The notes beneath the pieces are model-generated. The model ran no database searches and was not told the DNA's origin. It worked only from the letters and a program-made list of their open reading frames with translations. Shown here one piece after another: positions 51,142 through 63,587 of a stretch of 64,000 nucleotides of DNA. Positions within the stretch are counted from its first letter, which is position 1. Each line of letters starts with the position of its first letter. Origin of the DNA: Octopus vulgaris (Eukaryota); assembly GCA_951406725.2 (NCBI GenBank), contig OX597831.1, forward strand, positions 2,046,001 to 2,110,000, in the 5' to 3' direction. The position numbers and the translations under genes are program-made.

Positions 51142-51899
51142 CTTGTGTGTCTGTGTTTGTCCCCCTAGCATTGCTTGACATATATACATATATACGACAG
51201 GCTTCTTTCAGTTTCCGTCTATCAAATCCATTCACAAGGCATTGGTCAGCCCGGGGCTATAGCAGAAGACACTTGCCCAAGATGCCACGCAGTGGGACTG
51301 AACCCTGGACCATGTGGTTGGTTAGCAAGTTAAAGGAACTTTTTTTTATTTTTCTAAATCTCAGCTTTCTATATCTATTTCAATTTTGATAACATATCAC
51401 AAATTATTTTCGTGTTGTTTTTATCTAGGAACAGCAAATATTTTTTGTACTGAAAACTTCGTTAATTATGTATAGTTATACAATGTTGATCCACAACGAA
51501 GGTGTGTGTGTGTGAGTGGGTGGGTGGGTGCGTGCGTACACGTCTGAGAGAAACATAATTGCTGACAGAAACGTACACAGAAATTCTGTATCCCAAAAGG
51601 GCGATATTTCGATATTGGTCTCCAAAATGTCGGTACGATGAGACGACGTCATTCACCCTCTGTTTCAGCCTAGCCTCTTTATTCATGTCATGAGGGAAGA
51701 TTGTGAGGGCGAACGATGTCTACCAATACCGAAGGATTGCCAAAATAAGTTACCTTTTACGTACCTTGTTTTATCACTTTAGTTAAATTACCAGATAAGA
51801 TCCTTAAGTTTTGATTCTTCTGCCTCTAAGATCGGGTTTTAAAATCTGCACATAACAAATGACTTTTGTTTGTTTTCTTCATTGTTTTCTTCATTCAAA

Positions 51900-52170
51900 A
51901 TTGGAATTCAAGATTTTGCACATGCACACAGCAAATGAAATTGACTGATCATCTGTTTGAGATCTCAGTTTTGCCACAACAGGTCGGAGAACGGATCGGC
52001 AACTATGCGAGTGAGCTTAGGAGATTGGTGGGTTTTAGCAGGGATTTCTGGCGAGGCAATGGAGAGTGTTGTGAAGTTGGCCCTTGTGACCAGATTTCCC
52101 GATCACATTTCAATAAGTTTGCAGCAGCCACCGGTTATCCATGTCATGACTCAGAACAACGCACGCGATG
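51900..52170 (+). mobile_element. LTR-retrotransposon gag-like remnant
   Basis: QQVGERIGNYASELRRLV resembles the gag QxxxExIxxY..LRRL motif. Confidence 0.45.
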
Positions 52171-52209
52171 TTAATTAGCTGTTAGCAGAAGCCTGCCCAC
52201 CACTGTGTG

Positions 52210-52265
<56 letters not shown>

Positions 52266-52297
52266 CATACATACATACATATGTATTACCCAGATTC

Positions 52298-52329
<32 letters not shown>

Positions 52330-52490
52330 CTTTATTTAAAAGCAGCAGAAATTCGACAAAACCTATTACTCGGAGTTTCACGTTCCCGTTCGTCGGACAG
52401 TTTTGTTAAAATTTTAAAACTGTCCGACGAACGGGAACGTGAAACACCGAGTAATAGGTTTTGTCGAATTTCTGTTGCTTTTAAATAAAG
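52330..52490. repeat. 75-bp-arm palindrome, each arm carrying a minimal hammerhead-like motif
   Basis: Arms 52330-52404 and 52416-52490, two mismatches, 11-nt spacer; CCGACGA-ACG-GGAA-CGT-GAAAC. Confidence 0.9.
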
Positions 52491-52837
52491 CATATTATTC
52501 TACCCCTGGTATTTGAGTACTCTTTTTTTCCACCTTGTTTCACATTTATGTGTTTAATCCGATATATATATATATATATATATATTAACAGAGTTACTTC
52601 CCTTATGTTATTTTATAGTCAACGTGAAAAATCGGCGAGCCGAGGTAAATTACCCTAGTGGAGTAAAAATGAAATTCTTGGAGGTAATGAGGACTCATTA
52701 GACACAAGTAAATGTAAAATTGAAGTAGCCGAGTTGATTGCCTGAATCAAGAAACCATATACTATTGGTGAGGAATTGGTTTTTAGCGTACGCTTAGGGA
52801 AATTTCTCTCTCTCTGTTATATATACACAAATACGGA

Positions 52838-53660
52838 TGTAGTAGATAACAGCTAGCCTTCAGCCGCCCTTTTGGATCCTGTTGTGTCCACTGCTCTAAT
52901 TGGTTGGTATTGGCACAATTTGTCTCTTGCTCTATTGCGCGCCAATATGTAACCCAACCAATCGCAGCCTTCTGATAAGGTCACATGAGACAGTCTCTTC
53001 CAAACTTTCGGTGAGCCAATAGCACACTATAAAACTGTAGCTTCACACACAGCGACAACACAACAGCAGCCACATGGAGACTCAACTTCGTCCAGCAGCA
53101 TTCTGGACCTCCATCTTCTTAACGTCATCAACAACATCTCTCTATGTACACAGCAACCAGCAACACTTGCACGGGTTCTATCACAACACTGTTCGTGAAT
53201 AACTTCACCATGGTTAACAGTAAATACAACCTACGAGAACTCCTGTAACAAGTGACCGGCTCTGCATCATAACCACGGCTTCACGTACATGTGCCTCAAC
53301 TGGCTCTGCACTGCAGCCACAACTTCTTGTTACAACACTTCAACTATCGTGTACCTTGACTACGAACTGGTATTTATCATCCTTGTCTGAACATTCTTCT
53401 AACATCCTATTATAGACTCTTTCAATGCTCTGTACTTAATGCATACACATACACTTTGTATACATGATGGCCTGTCTATTATTATGTATATATGACGCAT
53501 ACACACACGTTAACATATAAATAAAATCTTCTCTTAAACATTCTACCCAGTTGTATGTCTCTTTTCCTTCTGGCAATTATACTCAATTATCCTTTTCACA
53601 TTTATTGTATCGACCGTGTGGTGTACTAAAGGAGCCATTCTCGTCACCTCTCCTCACACA
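52838..53660 (+). mobile_element. Probable solo LTR
   Basis: TG...CA ends, several CCAAT boxes, TATAAAA at ~53028, AATAAA at ~53520; no TSD found. Confidence 0.5.
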
Positions 53661-53689
53661 ATCGTTTACAGGTTAAGCCAACAACTTTG

Positions 53690-54531
53690 AAAATAGCACA
53701 GATTATGTGGTCAGAAAGAAGCCATGAAACTGAATTCAGTACCCTTGTCTGCAAAAGTTGTGAAAAAAAGAATTTCTGTTTTAGCAGAAAATGTCAGGGA
53801 ACAACTTATCTCTTCAATAAAAGAGTAAATGCTTTGCCATACAACTTGATGAGACCACAGATGTCAGTAGTAATTCGCAGCTATTTGATGTATGTTTGCT
53901 ACAAAGGTTTACATGAAGAGGAATTATTGTTTTGCTCTCTTTTTAAGTTGTGACCTCCTGGAATTAATGTCTTCAATAAAGTTAATGAATACCTTAATAA
54001 GGTTAATTTAAAATGAGAAGACTGCATTGCTGAGTCAGTTGATGGAGCTCCAGCTATGTTGAGTCACATTTTGGGATGCCAACTGTAGCAAAGGCTTTCA
54101 AAATTACACATGAGGATGTAGTCAAAAAGTTACTGCCTTTTGCCACAACCTACCTTTGTGATCAAGGATTTTCCACTTTGAACATAAAAACAAAGCAGAG
54201 AAATCGATTGGACTCTGAAGACTGCATCCAAATTGCTCTGGCATCAAAATGCCCCGATTTTGATGTGATTGTAACAAAAAGGAAACGTTATTTCTTCAAA
54301 ACCTGAAGTGAAAAAGTTTCTAAAAAAATCCTTTTGTTTCATGAGCATATTAAATTTATTTTATTGCATTTGTTTTACAATTTTTATAAGTGTATTCTTC
54401 ATATAAATAGATTCAATAAACCTTTTGAATTCAAAGAATCTATAATTTTCTTCCTTTCAAATCAAGGGGGTAGCATCGGTGTTAACAAATATACTTTGGG
54501 GTGATTGGTTCAAAGAGTTCTCCAACCCCTG
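53690..54531 (+). mobile_element. hAT (Buster/Charlie-like) transposase remnant with right terminus
   Basis: QLDETTDVS, EELLFC, SVDGAPAM, LLPFATTYLCDQGFS and KTKQRNRL motifs; ends ttctccaacccctg. Confidence 0.87.
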
Positions 54532-55074
54532 GTTTAACATAAAACTAATGGAGAATTTTCCTAGTGAAATTGGAAGTGAATAAAAATGTTTCCTTTGTAT
54601 TAGTTTTTCACTAACAAGATTCAGTGATACATGATCAGAAGTAACACTTCTGAAACGGAAGCAATTTTTGCATAACCTTTACTTAGCCTCAGTGCAGCAC
54701 CTAGAGCAAACGTCTTCTACCATAATCTCAGGTTAGCTAATACCTTGTAAATGGAATTTGATAAATGAAAATCAATAACATTATATCAAACACCTGGTGT
54801 TATTTTCATGTCCTGCCAGTAACCTGAGCAAATACATAAAGTTGCAGTTTGCATTTTACAACACTACAACATTTCAGCAAGGCTGGCACTAAAAAGCTGT
54901 TCATCAGTCATACACACTGGTACCAACAGCTATATCGTTATCAGCCTCCAGACAAGTCAGCTAGAGCACCTGTTTCAGCAGCAGTGTTACCTCATCAACT
55001 TTTTAATTAATTAATTATGTAGCACCACCCCATTCATTCATATGAAGTATTACCATTGAAAGATAAACCTTCAT

Positions 55075-55590
55075 CATGATCATCATTATCATCATTGTTC
55101 GACCGTTGTTGAGACAATGGAATTTACCATGCTACGCCAGACTTCACGGTCCATCATGGCATTACGGAGGTCCTGTTGCTGGATGCCTGTATCCCTGGAG
55201 ATTACATCAGGGTAGGAGAATGTGCGCCCTCTGGTATTGCGAGTAGATGGCTTCCAGAGGAGAAGAGTAGAAATTACCTCTTTTCAGCTCTACAACAATG
55301 TCCAGCAAACTGGACTCTCCTACCTTTCACAAGAGATGACACAGGTGGTAGTTTCCCATATATTTGCATTTTGGTTGGATGGCGCTTCCATGAGAGATTT
55401 TGAGCTCTCATAAGGAGGTGAGTGTAGGTTCCATCCAACCGCCTCTCAAGCTTCTTTGATAATGTCCAAGTTTCTGAGCTATATAGTAGAATTGGTTCGA
55501 CTGTGGCTTTGAAGATTTCAAGTTTGAAGTCTCTATTTAGATTTGATGACCAGATCTTATGCATGTCATTACAGGCTGACCAGATGACCA
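55075..55590 (-). mobile_element. RTE-like LINE 3' fragment with (ATG)n tail
   Basis: ORF 55274..55600: IFKATVEPILLYSSETWTLSK...RRVQFAGHC. Confidence 0.85.
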
Positions 55591-56323
55591 GTATCATCAT
55601 GATACTTCAGATAAATCTCAGACTGGCTGATCAGTATCATCACGATACTTCAGATAAATCTCAAACTTAGATTATTAATCAACTTCCTGAGTTACTGTGC
55701 AGGAGACAGCCAGATTAGTCATCATACCACAGGCTGCAGAGCATACAGCCCAGTCCCAGGTAACAGAGCCAGTAGACACAGTCCTTAGAGATGCAGGACT
55801 TCAACAAAAGTATCAGTAGTCACAGAGTTTCTTGCAATCATTGTAAGTGATAGTCATAGCATACTTCGCCACAATGAACAGCAGACATGCTATGAAATTA
55901 TCAAACCAGATACAGTTTTTGCTAGTAATCAGCTAAAATTCATACTGCCAGCTAGCAGCATTGTGGTCACACCCAAGCAAAGACTGCCATGAGCTCATCA
56001 GACCATCTTTATGAACTGCTCAGATACTCAACATTTTCATAATCAGTTTCTGCCAATAGCACAACAGTTCGAATATAGTGGTGAAAGTGGGACAGCACTG
56101 AGAGTAGAGTAAAAGTGAGACAGAGGTAGTAGTAGTAGTAGGAAAATGGTGAAAGTCAGATAAAGTTGGAGGTTTATAGAGGTGAAAGAGGAACAAAGAT
56201 GTGAACAGAGCACAAAGAATATAGACAAGAGATCTATCTCCCACTACTGTTAAATATGATGTGGTCAACATAGAATTTAAACTGATAATTTTACAGAGAA
56301 CAAGTATAGTTTAATCAAATTTG

Positions 56324-56329
56324 TTTATT
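56324..56329 (-). terminator. Candidate poly(A) signal of MRPL21
   Basis: AATAAA on the minus strand ~50 nt after the stop codon. Confidence 0.5.
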
Positions 56330-56378
56330 AACTATTTACATTATCAAAATAATAAATCTGTAAATGAATGAGTGACTA

Positions 56379-59300
56379 TCAAACAACTGATATAGTGTCG
56401 GATGTGTCAGAGATAAGTCCTTTTGGATTAACCTCTATACTGTTTATAACAATGACTGTTTGAAGATCTTTCAACACTGAAAATAGAAAAAAAAATTACA
56501 GTTATTAAATATTTTTTACTCTGACAATAAATACAACAGTAATAACAACTAATGGGACTTCTGAGGAAATTCCAAGTTTTATAGAAATTTTCTTTTATCT
56601 ATTTTTATGAATATACTAGCAGTATCGCCTGGCGTTGCTCGGGTTTGTAAGGGAAATAACTATATAAGCATTTTTAGAGAGTTGTAGCCAAAAAATAGCA
56701 AAAAAAATGCATTAAAAATGGAAAAAAAATTATGGTAAATTTTTTTTTAAATCGTTGACTCATCGTAGACATTTTTAGAGAGTTACTTCCCTTATATAAT
56801 AGCGAAAAAATGCATTAAAATGGAAAAAAATGATGGTAAATTTTTTTTTAAATCGTAGACTCATCGTAGACACGCGCTAATACCCAGAAGGGCTCGATAT
56901 GAATCACGACTATAAGATACCCGGTTTTGGTTAAACTGCACCGCAAAATGTGGGAGTAGTTAGGAATCTAAATCGTAGGAGACAGACACACAACCTTACT
57001 TTTATATATAAAGATTTATAGATCTTCATCACAATGCTTCATCATATTAAGATTTCAATGAAGTTTTTAATTTCATTTCAAGATTGTTAAAAGCAAAACA
57101 CTCAAGCTTGTTTCAATTTGTTTAAAGATTTCGATTACGTCTTCGCTTTGATTCCATAGTTAAGGTTGATGAAAGCCTAACACTTAATGTTGTTACATTA
57201 TGTTCAAGATTTCAATAATGTTTCCAAATTCTTAATATGATTTAGATTGTTCACTCACCACCATCGTCATCATTTAACATTCATGTTCCATGCTCACATG
57301 AACTGGACAAAAATTAGCTGAAGGTTGCTTGTGGAACATGAACCAACATCTGTACACACAATTCACATTCTAATCATTATAGCAAAGCAACTGTTTAAAG
57401 TGAAACAGACTCAGTATATTACCGGTATGTAGTCAGTCAATTCCATGAGGATGAATGACATAAAGAACACAAGAATACAGAATTAGGTACTAGAGGTACA
57501 TTGTCCAGTAAGGCAGTGTGAATTGGTAGTGTCAGATGGAATGCCTTATATTTGTTTCAACTCGCTGTATCTCGAGTTCAAATCCCGCTGAGGCCAACTT
57601 TGCTTTTCAGCCTTTCAGTGGATGTTAAATGATGATGATGATAATTGGCCAAAAAGATTATCGGATTTAATTTGAAAATGACCATTATCTAAAAGATTAG
57701 ATTACTGTGACGCTGAAACTATACTATTACAAGTCATCTGACTTATTTCTGTTTAGTAATAGGTACAAAATTTTTTTTTTTTTAATTATTCCTTTAAAGG
57801 TAGCAATACTTACATTTAAACTTGCGATTGTGTTTCCTTGCTGTATAACTTAGACGTACTTTAGTATTTGACAAAGTTTTTTCTATGACAGTTGCTTCAA
57901 CCCGAACAATACTTCGACTGGAAAAATAAAACCAAGAAGCACTTAGTTGTTTTCCTCGGATCCAGAGAAAAACTAGAGTATTATATCAATGTAAAGAATT
58001 TATTCATTTGCCTTATGATGTATCAATTAATTTTAGCCAATCAAATGCTGAGCTTCACTATCACCAAAGATCCCACCAGTGAAAACACATCCTTAGAAGA
58101 ACTAAGACTGCATCCCAAAGACTAGCTCTTCTCTTTAGTGCCAGAAGTGAACCCCATAATGGAGTACTGTTCCCACGTCTGGGACAGTTTTGCAGCAATG
58201 CACACTGACATTCTAGACCACATCTAGAAAAGGGCCACCTGGATGATTGACACTCCATCACTAATGGACACACACTAGCCTGTAGCCCACAGACATGCTG
58301 TCTCCTCTCTCTGTCTTTTTTATTTGCTTCTGCAATAATTGGTGTGTAATAAGCAAATCAGATCACTCTGCTTGTTTCAGTTTTCCTTAATATTGGTTTT
58401 AAATTTTGATACAAGGCCAGCAACTTTAGAGAGGGAATAAGTCAATTACATTGACCCCTGTGTTCAACTGGTACTTATTTTATTGACCCTGAAGGGATGA
58501 AAGACAAAGTCAACCTTGGCAGAATTTGAACTCAGAACATACAGATAAAATGCTGCTAAGCATTTTGTGCAGCATGCTAATGATTCTGCCAGTGTGCCAC
58601 CTTAGTTGACTTTTCCTCAACATTGACAAAAGATTTAACTGTGATTACACAGCTAAATGTTCAACAGTTACAGAAATAACCGATCCATGTCAGTGAGTAA
58701 AATCAGTGTGAAATAGCAAAAGGGAATCCTACCTTAACATTGGTCTACCAACAAGAGAGAAATCTTTGCCGCCGACTAACAAAACCTGAAAGAGAAAGAA
58801 CAGTTATGTTGTTGTTGTCAAAGTTCAAGTGAGAAGCTGACACTTCTCACTTGAAATATAATCTTTGTTGAGGCAAGAATTCAAATAATAATAATTCTAA
58901 AAATGAAAACATTGAGGGTAATAAATTTTAAATAGAATATACAACAGATTTACTATGCAGTACACTTAAATTTACAATAGAGAAGCACCATCCGATCGTG
59001 GCCGTTGCCAGCATCGCCTGGCTCCCGTGCCGGTGGCACGTAAAAAGCACTACCCGACCGTGTCCGTTGCCAGCGCTACCCCGACTGGCCTCCGTGTCGG
59101 TGGCACGTAAAAAGCACCATCCGATCGTGGCCGTTGCCAGCCTTGCCTGGCCCCCGTGTCGGTGGCACATAAAAAGTACCATCAGTCCGTGGCCGTTTGC
59201 CAGCCCCGTCTGGCAGCTGTGCGGGTGGCACGTAAAAAGCACCCACTACACTCACGGAGTGGTTGGCGTTAGGAAGGGCATCCAGCCATAGAAACACTGC

Positions 59301-60794
59301 CAGATCAGACTAGGCCTGGTGCAGCCTTCAGGCTTCCCAGACCCCAGTTGCACCGTCCAACCCATGCTAGCATGGAAAGCGGACGCTAAATGATGATAAT
59401 GATGATGATGATGAAAGACTTCATAACAAAGAACATAGTACATTCTTATAGTTCTGTAATACTTGCTAACATTTGATTTAAACATGTCTTCTTTATTCCA
59501 TCCTAGATTAATCCTCAAACAATTTAATTTGAATAAATCCTTAAAAGTCTACAACCAGAGTACATATTTACATATCGGTTTACAGTGAAACTATAACATA
59601 GTTATAGACATATTCATTGAGTAATCTCTTGTTAATCTACAAGTACATATTATTCAATCGTAAAACGATAATGATGTACTCCTTGATAAGGTACTCTAAG
59701 TGTGTGGAGGCGCAATGGCCCAGTGGTTAGGGCAGCGGACTCGCGGTCGTAGGATCGCGGTTTCAATTCCCAGACCGGGCGTTGTGAGTGTTTATTGAGC
59801 GAAAACACCTAAAGCTCCACGAGGCTCTGGCAGGGGATGGTGGTGATCCCTGCTGTACTCTTTCACCACAACTTACTCTTACTTCCTGTTTCTGTTGTAC
59901 CTGTATTTCAAAGGGCCGGCCTTGTCACTCTCTGTGTCACGCTGAATATCCCCGAGAACTATGTTAAGGGTACATGTGTCTGTGGAGTGCTCAGCCACTT
60001 ACACGTTAATTTCACGAGCAGGCTGTTCCGTTGATTCGGATCAACCGGAACCCTCATCATTGTAACCGACGGAGTGCTTCCCCACTCTAAGTGTCATAAG
60101 ATAGAGTACATTATTATTGATTTCAAATTTTGGTGCAAGGCCAGCAATCTAGGGGGAGGGGGACGTACGATTACATCGACCTGTACTCAACTGGTACTTA
60201 TTTTATCAACATTGTAAGGATGAAAGGCAAAGTTGACCTCGGTGGAATTATTCCATTATTGACACAAGTTAGAGTACTTTATCAATGGCACAGCAAGAAG
60301 TACATCATTATCGTATTACAATTGAATATGTACTTATAGATTAAGAAGGGATTACTCAATGTCTTAGATTCTCAATAGAGGGCTTGTAGGGAATATAGAT
60401 GGCCCAACACCCAATTGCTAGTTGATATCTTGTCAGTGGCAATTGCATAGCATTTGCAAACTAAAACATTCAACTGTTTATTCCAGCCTCAACTTGACAC
60501 CAATGTGATAAAGAAGGGAGTTAGAGAGGAGATCTTGGCAGGAATGTAGGCTTTTCTAACCACTGCAGCTGCTGATATAATGAGAAAACAGGAGAAAGAG
60601 AGGATTAAAAGAACTCAACAGAAACCTTACCTTTTCTAACCTCAGCCTGTCTCCAATGTTAGGTGGAAAGGAGCCGGTGACAATTAACATGTCTTCTGCG
60701 GTCACTTTCCTCTGTAAACCTCGAATATAAACAACAGCAAAGAGCCGACCAATATCAGGATTTGCCATCTGTTCAGACACCCTAGCTACCAGTT
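56379..60794 (-). CDS. MRPL21: Mitochondrial ribosomal protein L21 (bL21m), four 3' exons; 5' exons not resolved
   Basis: Exons 60631-60794 (LVARVSEQMANPDIGRLFAVVYIRGLQRKVTAEDML...RLRLEK), 58733-58785 (VLLVGGKDFSLVGRPML), 57814-57917 (RSIVRVEATVIEKTLS...RKHNRKFK), 56379-56476 (LKDLQTVIVINSIEVNPK...*). GT-AG junctions with compatible phases; GRLFAVV, KVTxED, LEKVLLVG, VEATVIEKT and QTVxxINSIE are bL21m hallmarks. Confidence 0.93.
56616..57014 (-). mobile_element. Non-autonomous Helitron
   Basis: Minus strand A|TCTTTATATATAAAA ... CCCGAGCAACGCCAGG hairpin ... CTAG|T; A/T insertion site. Confidence 0.85.
58010..58330 (+). mobile_element. CR1/Jockey-like LINE C-terminal remnant
   Basis: Degenerate PIMEYCSHVW...LDHI*KRA motif at ~58153-58240. 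Confidence 0.55.
58983..59412 (+). mobile_element. RTE 3'-UTR copy with four tandem hairpin units, in an MRPL21 intron
   Basis: Repeated gtg(c/t)cggtggcacgtaaaaagcac units, conserved 3' end, (GAT)n tail. Confidence 0.85.
59616..60361. mobile_element. Foldback/MITE-like element with ~65-bp inverted ends, hosting SINE insertions
   Basis: cattgagtaatct...gataatgatgtact at the left and its reverse complement at 60299-60361. Confidence 0.65.
59704..60083 (+). mobile_element. tRNA-derived SINE family C with 11-bp TSD
   Basis: GGCGCAATGGCCCAGTGGTTAGGGCAGCGGACT head; TSD actctaagtgt at 59693-59703 and 60084-60094; second head at 41981. Confidence 0.85.
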
Positions 60795-61068
60795 CTGCAA
60801 ACAAAGAGGTACATACATTAATAGGATTTTACAGTTGAAAACATCTCTCACACAGGACTGTCGCCACCACCATCGTCGTCCTAGGCCCTGTTGTAACAGT
60901 TCACTAGGATTTGAACTTATGTTCTAGTGGTCAACAGTCAAGTATGTTAACTCCAGAGCTACAATGCACCTTGGTAAACATAGTCTTGTTTAGTGGGTAC
61001 AGTATAAATTTTAAAGGTCATTAATTGAATACCTTAGCATTAATTGACTATCTTACTATATACTAAGT

Positions 61069-61247
61069 CAGTGCTTTTCAACATTTTTGCTGGAGCGGAA
61101 CCCCAAGGAAACATTCCACTGGCTCAAGGAACCCCTGTGCAATAATTTAATAGTCTTATGCACACATATCTGCACAGGAGAATTAAAAATTACTGCCGAT
61201 TTTAGCAGTTTTGTAACTTCTTGCGGAACCCTGGTTGAAAACCACTG
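61069..61247. mobile_element. hAT MITE
   Basis: CAGTGCTTTTCAAC/GTTGAAAACCACTG TIRs; TSD tactaagt/tactatgt. Confidence 0.8.
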
Positions 61248-63186
61248 TACTATGTAATAGTATATACTCACTGCCGACTTTATTCTGTATATTGTCTCTT
61301 AATACTGTCTACATTGTGATCAGATTGTTTTCTTGTTACATGTACTAGAAATCCAACCCTTTGATCAACCAAATTACCTGCTCCTGAATTCAGGTACAGG
61401 TGGTTGAGTATTCCACAAACACGCGTATCCTTGATGTAATTCTCAGGCAGAATCAGCATGATATAGTTTGAGATGGCTGTATCCTTTCGAAGTACAGGTA
61501 CAATCACTGGAGGGGCTTCTATACCCAATTTCACTCAGAAGGTATAATTCCACCTGAGGCTATAAAAGATGACATTTGCCCAAGATACCACAGTGTGATA
61601 TCAAACCCAGGACCATGGCTGCAAAACGAGCTTCTAATTTATTTATATTCATGATTATTTTCTCTGAAAGGACGAAAGTTTCGCAGAACCGTAAAGGGAC
61701 ACAACTCGTGCGGAAAAATATTGTTCTCAGATTTTGCCACAAGGCCAACAATTTTAGGGGAGGGGTAGTAAGTCAATTACATCGATCTCGCGCGGACTAA
61801 ATATTAAAATCAAAATTAAATACAATGACCCAACCCATGTTGACCAAACAGCGCAGTATGTGAAGGCCTATTTAATGTTCATAGCTTATTAATATAGTTA
61901 TATTTAAAATTTCTGAAAATAGTAAGGAGTGTGGTAAGTTGCTTGCTTACCAACCACGTGGTTCTCGGTTCAGTCCCACTGCGTGGCATCTTGGGCAAGT
62001 GTCTTCTACTATAGCCTCGGGTTGACCAAAGCCTTGCGAGTGGATTTGGTAGACGGAAACTCAAAGAAGCCCGTCGTATATATGTATACATATATATATG
62101 TGTGTGTATGTTTGTCCCCCCAACATCGCTTGACAACCGATGCTGATGTTTTTATGTCCTCGTCACATAGCGGTTCGGCAAAAGAGACCGATAGAATAAG
62201 TACTGGGCTTACAAAGAATAAGTCCCAGGGTCGATTTGCTCGACTAAAGGCAGTGCTCCAGCATGGCTGCAGTCAAATGACTGAAAAACACTGAATATTA
62301 CACAACAAATTTTGCAAGCTTCGTCGTTGCTTAGCCCTAGGTCAGTCAAACCTATGATCAAAGTTGTTCCAGTCATGAGCACCTCATCTCTTACTCAGGT
62401 TGGTGCACCACATAATCTTGTAGCAGGGTATGAATTGAAAGTTGGATGCTTTTTGTATTGGGTTAAGGGGCAGTGTGGTGGATCCCTTGTTAGCACTTAA
62501 GATTCTTGGTTTATTCTTCAAATGGAATTGCAGCTATCATATGACCTACCAGGGGTGGCAAAAACTTCTATTAATAAAACAAACCATATTGTATAGTCAC
62601 AGTAGCAGATCTAACAAGGTTTAATACCACCACCACCACCACCACCACCATCATCATAATCATTGAATGTCCGTTTTCCATGCTGGCATGGATTGGAAGG
62701 GTTGACTGGAGCTGGTAAGGCCAGAGGCCACACCAGGCTCCATAGAGTGTACTGGGCATTTTTAACACGGGACCAGCACAAGTGTTTTTTATGTGGCAGC
62801 AGCACCAGTATCAAGTCTACTGTAGTGAACGGGTTTTCTTGAGGACAGCGATGCACCAGATATCTCCATCCTTAGTCATCTCCGTAAGGCTCAGTGTCTT
62901 GAGATTGGACTTCAAAAACTCTACAGCGTATTTACAGAACAATCAACGAGATAGTGATGTGTTAGCAGGAGTTAACTTATATTAGGTATTTCGGATTTAG
63001 TTGGCATTCAGAGAAGGCATTGGGAAACAGAGTACTTGGTCTGCATGCAGTTCTTTATGATGTTTTTTATATAGCAACCGTCATGACATAAAACATAACG
63101 CTTTATCAAAAAATTTTGTAACATAGTCTTTAGGTTGAACTTCATTAATCTGATAAATTTTTTGTTTCTCTAGAAACGTTATTCTT

Positions 63187-63587
63187 GGTGGCGACCTGGC
63201 AGAATCGTTAGCACGCCGGGCGAAATGCTTAGCAGTATTTTGTCTGCCGCTACGTTCTGCGTTCAAATTCCGCCGAGGTCGACTTTGCCTTTCATCCATT
63301 CAGGGTCGATTAAATAAGTACCAGTTACACACTGAGGTCGATGTAATCGACTTAATCCGTTTGTCCTTTCTGTGTTTAGCCCCTTGTGGGTAGTAAAGAA
63401 ATAGGTATTTCGTCTGCCATTATATTCTGAGTTCAAATTCCGCCGAGGTCGACTTTGCCTTTCATCTTTTCTGGGTCGATTAAATAAGTACCAGTTACGC
63501 ACTGTGGTTGATATAATCGACTTAACCCATTTGTCTGTCCTTGTTTGTCCCCTCTGAGTGTAGCCCCTTGTGGGCAGTAAAGAAATA
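63187..63587 (+). mobile_element. SINE family B (GGCGGCGAGCTGGCAGAA head; GTCGACTTTGCCTTTCATCCTTTCGGGGTCGATAAA core, internally duplicated)
   Basis: Copies at 103-540(+), 27065-27484(-), 23535-23750, 31195-31410, 37095-37310, 58395-58605(-); core resembles the Meta-SINE domain (from memory, unverified). Confidence 0.8.

Noticed and set aside
58983-59250. CRISPR-like array of GGTGGCACGTAAAAAGCACC repeats (also at 1650-1860 and elsewhere)
   Set aside because: The spacers resemble one another, there are no cas genes, the context is eukaryotic, and the array is part of the RTE 3' UTR.
61272-61310. Possible upstream MRPL21 exon (TVLRDNIQNKVG) with a GTGAGT donor
   Set aside because: Weak acceptor and no recognisable homology; left unassigned.
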